From positions 14,998-78,997 of the IMG/VR virus record IMGVR_UViG_3300046615_000401: DNA of 64,000 nucleotides; one strand, written 5' to 3'. This document shows, piece by piece, positions 60,834 to 64,000 of the stretch. Below the pieces are notes generated by a model that did not search any database, was not told where the DNA came from, and saw only the letters and a list, made by a program, of their open reading frames with translations. The DNA comes from a virus (lineage: Duplodnaviria > Caudoviricetes). The first letter of the stretch is position 1, and each line of letters starts with the position of its first letter. A program made the position numbers and the translations under genes.

Positions 60834-60899
60834 ATAACAGAGACAGCGAGCCTCGCTTGGCGTTAACCCGGTGTCACGGTTTGCCCCGTTGGTGACGGC

Positions 60900-61175
60900 T
60901 TAAACCGGCAGGTCGAAGCCTTGTTCATTGTCCGGTACGTTCTCGTTGTACTCGATTTGCAGCATATCCTTCAGGATAGCCACACGAGCGACCGGGTCTT
61001 CCGCCAGCCATGCAGCCAGCGATGCCTCGTTGGCGTACATCTTGCGCAGCGGGATGGAGCCGACTTTCTTGCGGGAACCGGCGACCTTGCCGGGCAGGTA
61101 GAAGTTCAGGAAGCCGACAGCTTTCTTGTTGTCGGGGATGCCATTGGTGGCAGGGGTTTCGGTTTTGAAGGCCAT
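60900..61175 (-). CDS. Probable N4 gp2-like ssDNA-binding RNAP II activator, 91 aa
   Basis: KKAVGFLNFYLP...K.GSIPL; monocistronic between a vRNAP promoter and a terminator, as N4 gene 2. Confidence 0.55.
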   Translation of the reverse strand: MAFKTETPATNGIPDNKKAVGFLNFYLPGKVAGSRKKVGSIPLRKMYANEASLAAWLAEDPVARVAILKDMLQIEYNENVPDNEQGFDLPV

Positions 61176-61230
61176 GGTAGTTTTCCAGTATAAGTGAGAT
61201 TGAGAGAGGGAGATAAAACAGGAGGGAATC

Positions 61231-61252
61231 TCCACCCCATGGCCGGAGGCCA
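61231..61252 (-). promoter_or_regulatory. vRNAP hairpin promoter (3rd early)
   Basis: TCCACCCCATGGCC-GGA-GGCCA; 5-bp stem, C-GGA-G loop; template C at the N4-spaced +1 (61235). Confidence 0.8.
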
Positions 61253-61269
61253 CGGAGAGTAGGACAGGC

Positions 61270-61602
61270 TCAGTGAAACACCGTGCCTTCAGGTGCCAGA
61301 TGTTCGGTGATGTCCACCGGAGTGGTAGCTGCTTCAGCTTCCAACAGCAGCATGGTGTAACTGTGTAGTACCTCCCGCATGATCTGGCACAACTGTTCCA
61401 GTGACATGTTCTTGACGCTGTCCGGGTGGTAATACACCACGTTGATCTCAGCCACCAGTGCCACTGCTTCCATCTCCCAGAACTCCACGAAGATGAGATC
61501 AGCACCGTACTGGAAGTGTGGTATCAACAGCCTGTGCGCTTCGAGGATCAGATCGCGTGCATAGGGTTCGGTGACCGGCACATTACGGTAGTTGAAGTTC
61601 AT
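61270..61602 (-). CDS. Early hypothetical protein 110 aa
   Basis: ATGA coupling; in the early cluster. Confidence 0.65.
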   Translation of the reverse strand: MNFNYRNVPVTEPYARDLILEAHRLLIPHFQYGADLIFVEFWEMEAVALVAEINVVYYHPDSVKNMSLEQLCQIMREVLHSYTMLLLEAEAATTPVDITEHLAPEGTVFH

Positions 61603-61952
61603 GGCTGTACTCCCTTTCCCAGTAGATACATCAGATGTTCCTTGCCCTTGTTGGTCAGGTGATGCTGGCCATCATAGGAGATCAAGCCCATGTCCAGCAT
61701 CTCGTTGATGCGATCGGTCAGGTACATGCCTTGGGCATAGTGCCCAGCACGCAGATTACTGTCGAAGCTGCCATGGTGGATGGTCACCAGATACAGCAGG
61801 TGCAAGGGCTTGAGGAACATCTCTGCTTGCGCTGGCACCTTGACAGGCACAGCACCCACAGTCTCATCTATCATCTTCTGGATGGTACTGGCCATACTGG
61901 ATGGGAAGCCATGCACTTCGGTCCTTGGTTTGAGTTTATTAATACGGGGCAT
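61599..61952 (-). CDS. Early hypothetical protein 117 aa (possible winged-helix C-terminus)
   Basis: LLDMGLISY....HLT.KG.E.L-like ending (EMLDMGLISYDGQHHLTNKGKEHL). Confidence 0.6.
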   Translation of the reverse strand: MPRINKLKPRTEVHGFPSSMASTIQKMIDETVGAVPVKVPAQAEMFLKPLHLLYLVTIHHGSFDSNLRAGHYAQGMYLTDRINEMLDMGLISYDGQHHLTNKGKEHLMYLLGKGVQP

Positions 61953-61955
61953 GGT

Positions 61956-62147
61956 CTATTCCTTGGGAATGAGAACAACGTCAACAGGTTCAGAATCGGA
62001 TCGGTAGATCCGGCATTCCAACAACTCAACGAGACAGAATAAGAGTTCATCCTTCTCTTCTCGATTGAGTTGGTGCGTGTGGTGTATTTGGCTGAACTCC
62101 CTATCCAGTGTGTACTGAATAAGGTATTCAGGATCAGCAATGCGCAT
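61956..62147 (-). CDS. Early hypothetical protein 63 aa
   Basis: GAAGGGA RBS; overlaps the upstream stop. Confidence 0.55.
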   Translation of the reverse strand: MRIADPEYLIQYTLDREFSQIHHTHQLNREEKDELLFCLVELLECRIYRSDSEPVDVVLIPKE

Positions 62148-62370
62148 GGTGTTTCCCTTCGTTATATGCGTTGATCTTGTCAGCCTGTGCTTTGGAGGTC
62201 ATGCGGTACTGGATCTCCGAGTACACGAACTTACCGATGCGTAGCGCATACTCAGCGTAGGCACGGTAGTCAAAGCCACTACCCCAGCAGTCAATCATGC
62301 ACTGGTAGCTGCTGATGAAGCTGTGGTTGACGTTGGTATCTTGAACAATTGCGAGATTAGATGCGGACAT
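62134..62370 (-). CDS. Early protein 78 aa (C[WY]xxGF[DN]YxxY pair, copy 2)
   Basis: AGGAG RBS; paralog motif. Confidence 0.65.
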   Translation of the reverse strand: MSASNLAIVQDTNVNHSFISSYQCMIDCWGSGFDYRAYAEYALRIGKFVYSEIQYRMTSKAQADKINAYNEGKHHAHC

Positions 62371-62425
62371 GATATTCTCCTAATATAGACGATTAGACAA
62401 CATTTATGATACGGAGGATTAGTAA

Positions 62426-62644
62426 TTAACTCCAGACAGCTAACTCTTCCTTTTCTTTGGCTTCCAATACACGGCAACGATCGAGATAGTCGAATTCGAT
62501 GAGCGTAACGAAGCCACGGTTAAAGCAGCAACGGAAGTATTCTTGATAATTGAATCCATGGTGATAGCAGCTATCCGCCACGCTGCAAGCTTGGGTATTA
62601 CGACGGATGCTAGCTTCATCAGCATTAACAGGGATGGATAACAT
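62426..62644 (-). CDS. Early protein 72 aa (C[WY]xxGF[DN]YxxY pair, copy 1)
   Basis: AAGGAG RBS before MLSIP. Confidence 0.65.
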   Translation of the reverse strand: MLSIPVNADEASIRRNTQACSVADSCYHHGFNYQEYFRCCFNRGFVTLIEFDYLDRCRVLEAKEKEELAVWS

Positions 62645-62654
62645 GGTGTTCTCC

Positions 62655-63017
62655 TTAAATGGGACGGATAACAGCGGCGTTTTCAACAGGACCAAGCCCA
62701 TAGTTAGCAGCCTTGAAATCATTCCAGCATTGGTTCGCAACGCGTGCAGTCATGGGTTCAGTGATGAATTCCCAACCACGTACGGTGTAGACCACTACAT
62801 GGATCTTATCAGTTGGCACGGGTACTACATTTGGTTCAATAAGGCCGAAGAACTCTATGGCCTGTTGCTTGGTGATGTGGACAACACGCTTCTTACCAGC
62901 ATGAATGGCCATGGTAGTACCCATACCCGGTTGAGATGCACCCATATTGACATCACATGGCTTGATGATGTCTTCAGTACCTGAAGCGAAGGTAATAGCT
63001 TTAAATGGATGGTACAT
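62655..63017 (-). CDS. Early protein 120 aa (ITKQQA..FF.L family plus extension)
   Basis: GGAG RBS before MYHPF. Confidence 0.65.
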   Translation of the reverse strand: MYHPFKAITFASGTEDIIKPCDVNMGASQPGMGTTMAIHAGKKRVVHITKQQAIEFFGLIEPNVVPVPTDKIHVVVYTVRGWEFITEPMTARVANQCWNDFKAANYGLGPVENAAVIRPI

Positions 63018-63176
63018 GATGTTCTCCAGTAGATGTATAAATGATAAGTATATGGTGAAGCAGGGATTGCAGCATGTTACAGTATCGGGAAGGTATCGGT
63101 ATGAGGAATAGTAGACAGTAAAACGGAGTGAGTACTCACTAACTGACATTAGCACCCACTAACCAGTGCTAGCACA

Positions 63177-63371
63177 CTAATCCCCACTCTCTGTCTCACA
63201 AACCTGCATAGGCAGCCGTACTACGATCACTGTAGCGATGAATGCACCGATTGCAATCGAGAATGCAGCGATAGGATGCAGACCATGACCAATGGTGAGC
63301 CATTCCACACCAAGGTTGGACGATATGAAGGAGATCAGGCTAAGGACGATAACTAGCACAAGACGGGACAT
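63177..63371 (-). CDS. Early two-TM membrane protein 64 aa
   Basis: Two hydrophobic segments; GGAG RBS; first gene after a hairpin promoter. Confidence 0.7.
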   Translation of the reverse strand: MSRLVLVIVLSLISFISSNLGVEWLTIGHGLHPIAAFSIAIGAFIATVIVVRLPMQVCETESGD

Positions 63372-63415
63372 GTTGTTCTCCAATGAGTGACTGTGAGTGG
63401 ATGACTGTAGGGTAT

Positions 63416-63437
63416 TCCACAGCATGTCCGGAGGACA
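63416..63437 (-). promoter_or_regulatory. vRNAP hairpin promoter (2nd early)
   Basis: TCCACAGCATGTCC-GGA-GGACA; 5-bp stem; template C at +1 (63420). Confidence 0.8.
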
Positions 63438-63534
63438 AGGATGATGGATGGTGAACTGTGTACAGGGTGCCTGTACTGGGCTGTCTGCAGTGTGTGATGT
63501 TGATGTGTGATCTTTGTGTGAAGTAAAGAATAAA

Positions 63535-63562
63535 GACCACCACCGATGTTCTGGTGATGGCC
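63535..63562 (-). terminator. Terminator after the gp1-like gene
   Basis: Minus strand GGCCATCACC..GGTGGTGGTC followed by TTTATTCTTT. Confidence 0.65.
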
Positions 63563-63577
63563 TAGGTGCTACTGAAC

Positions 63578-63826
63578 TTACGGTGCCGGTGTTACTGGTG
63601 CAGCTACCGTTGGAGCGATTTGGCCTGCTGCTGGGAGAGCGGTGATGCCTGCTTCCTTCATCATGGCCTTGATACGCTCATTGCGGTTGTGACGGGATTC
63701 GTCTGCAAACGTACCTGCAGCTTCATCTGCCCACGTACCGAGGTGATTGGCGGCTGATGCAACCTTGGCCAGTGCACTGAACATCAAGGTGAAGAACGAG
63801 AACATTGCTGCGAATGATGCACCCAT
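63578..63826 (-). CDS. N4 gp1-like first early protein
   Basis: Amphipathic N-terminus, WADEAAG.F.DE.R motif; monocistronic behind the first promoter. Confidence 0.7.
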   Translation of the reverse strand: MGASFAAMFSFFTLMFSALAKVASAANHLGTWADEAAGTFADESRHNRNERIKAMMKEAGITALPAAGQIAPTVAAPVTPAP

Positions 63827-63908
63827 GGTAATACTCCTATCGATAGTTGAATGAAGACCAGTTGATCATGCTGATCCATGACATGGACAGTGCTACGCTA
63901 CACACCAT

Positions 63909-63929
63909 CCCACACCATGCGCGGAGCGC
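63909..63929 (-). promoter_or_regulatory. vRNAP hairpin promoter (1st early)
   Basis: CCCACACCATGCGC-GGA-GCGC; template C at +1 (63913). Confidence 0.75.
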
Positions 63930-64000
63930 CCATCATGCAGACATAGCAAGGTGGGGTGGGTAGGGCTAAGAATTCTTTTTCGTAAGCATAGGGGGGGGGG

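Noticed and set aside
1-64000. CRISPR array, integrase, reverse transcriptase/DGR, introns or inteins in polymerase, RNR or helicase
   Set aside because: No regularly spaced repeats, no such ORFs, and the core enzymes have normal lengths with contiguous motifs

Overview
The window is about 64 kb of a GC-rich, lytic N4-like podophage (Schitoviridae). It carries the giant Cys-free virion RNA polymerase (684-11204, +) and a long minus-strand early/middle arm read from the right end leftwards. That arm runs: gp1-like early gene, gp2-like activator, two-subunit RNAP II, AAA+ ATPase, vWA/metallopeptidase, Dda-like helicase, family A DNA polymerase, rIIA/rIIB, ThyX, class II RNR NrdJ, PD-(D/E)XK nuclease, primase, gp44 ATPase, SSB, RuvC-like resolvase. 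A plus-strand late island (24088-33579) with tail-tip/receptor-binding genes and a holin-SAR endolysin-spanin cassette interrupts it. Capsid, portal and terminase genes are not in the window and probably lie left of position 1. I found no integrase, CRISPR array or intact tRNA. A betaproteobacterial host is plausible but is only an inference. Main findings: (1) a family of C-GGA-G hairpin vRNAP promoters, four early plus one internal; (2) candidate anti-defence genes: a gp49/Acb4-like protein, a YISWSP + crAss001_48/Sequestin-like fusion, early SLOG and Macro-like genes, and a Lar domain; (3) a release-factor-like domain lacking GGQ; (4) a virion RIFT-barrel/lyase-like protein, a beta-propeller and a LamG protein, the first and last sharing an unusual Cys-containing 19-aa repeat; (5) a highly structured ~400-nt non-coding locus with tRNA-like T-loops; (6) several families of paralogous small early proteins. 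All family assignments come from motif recognition by eye, not from database searches.
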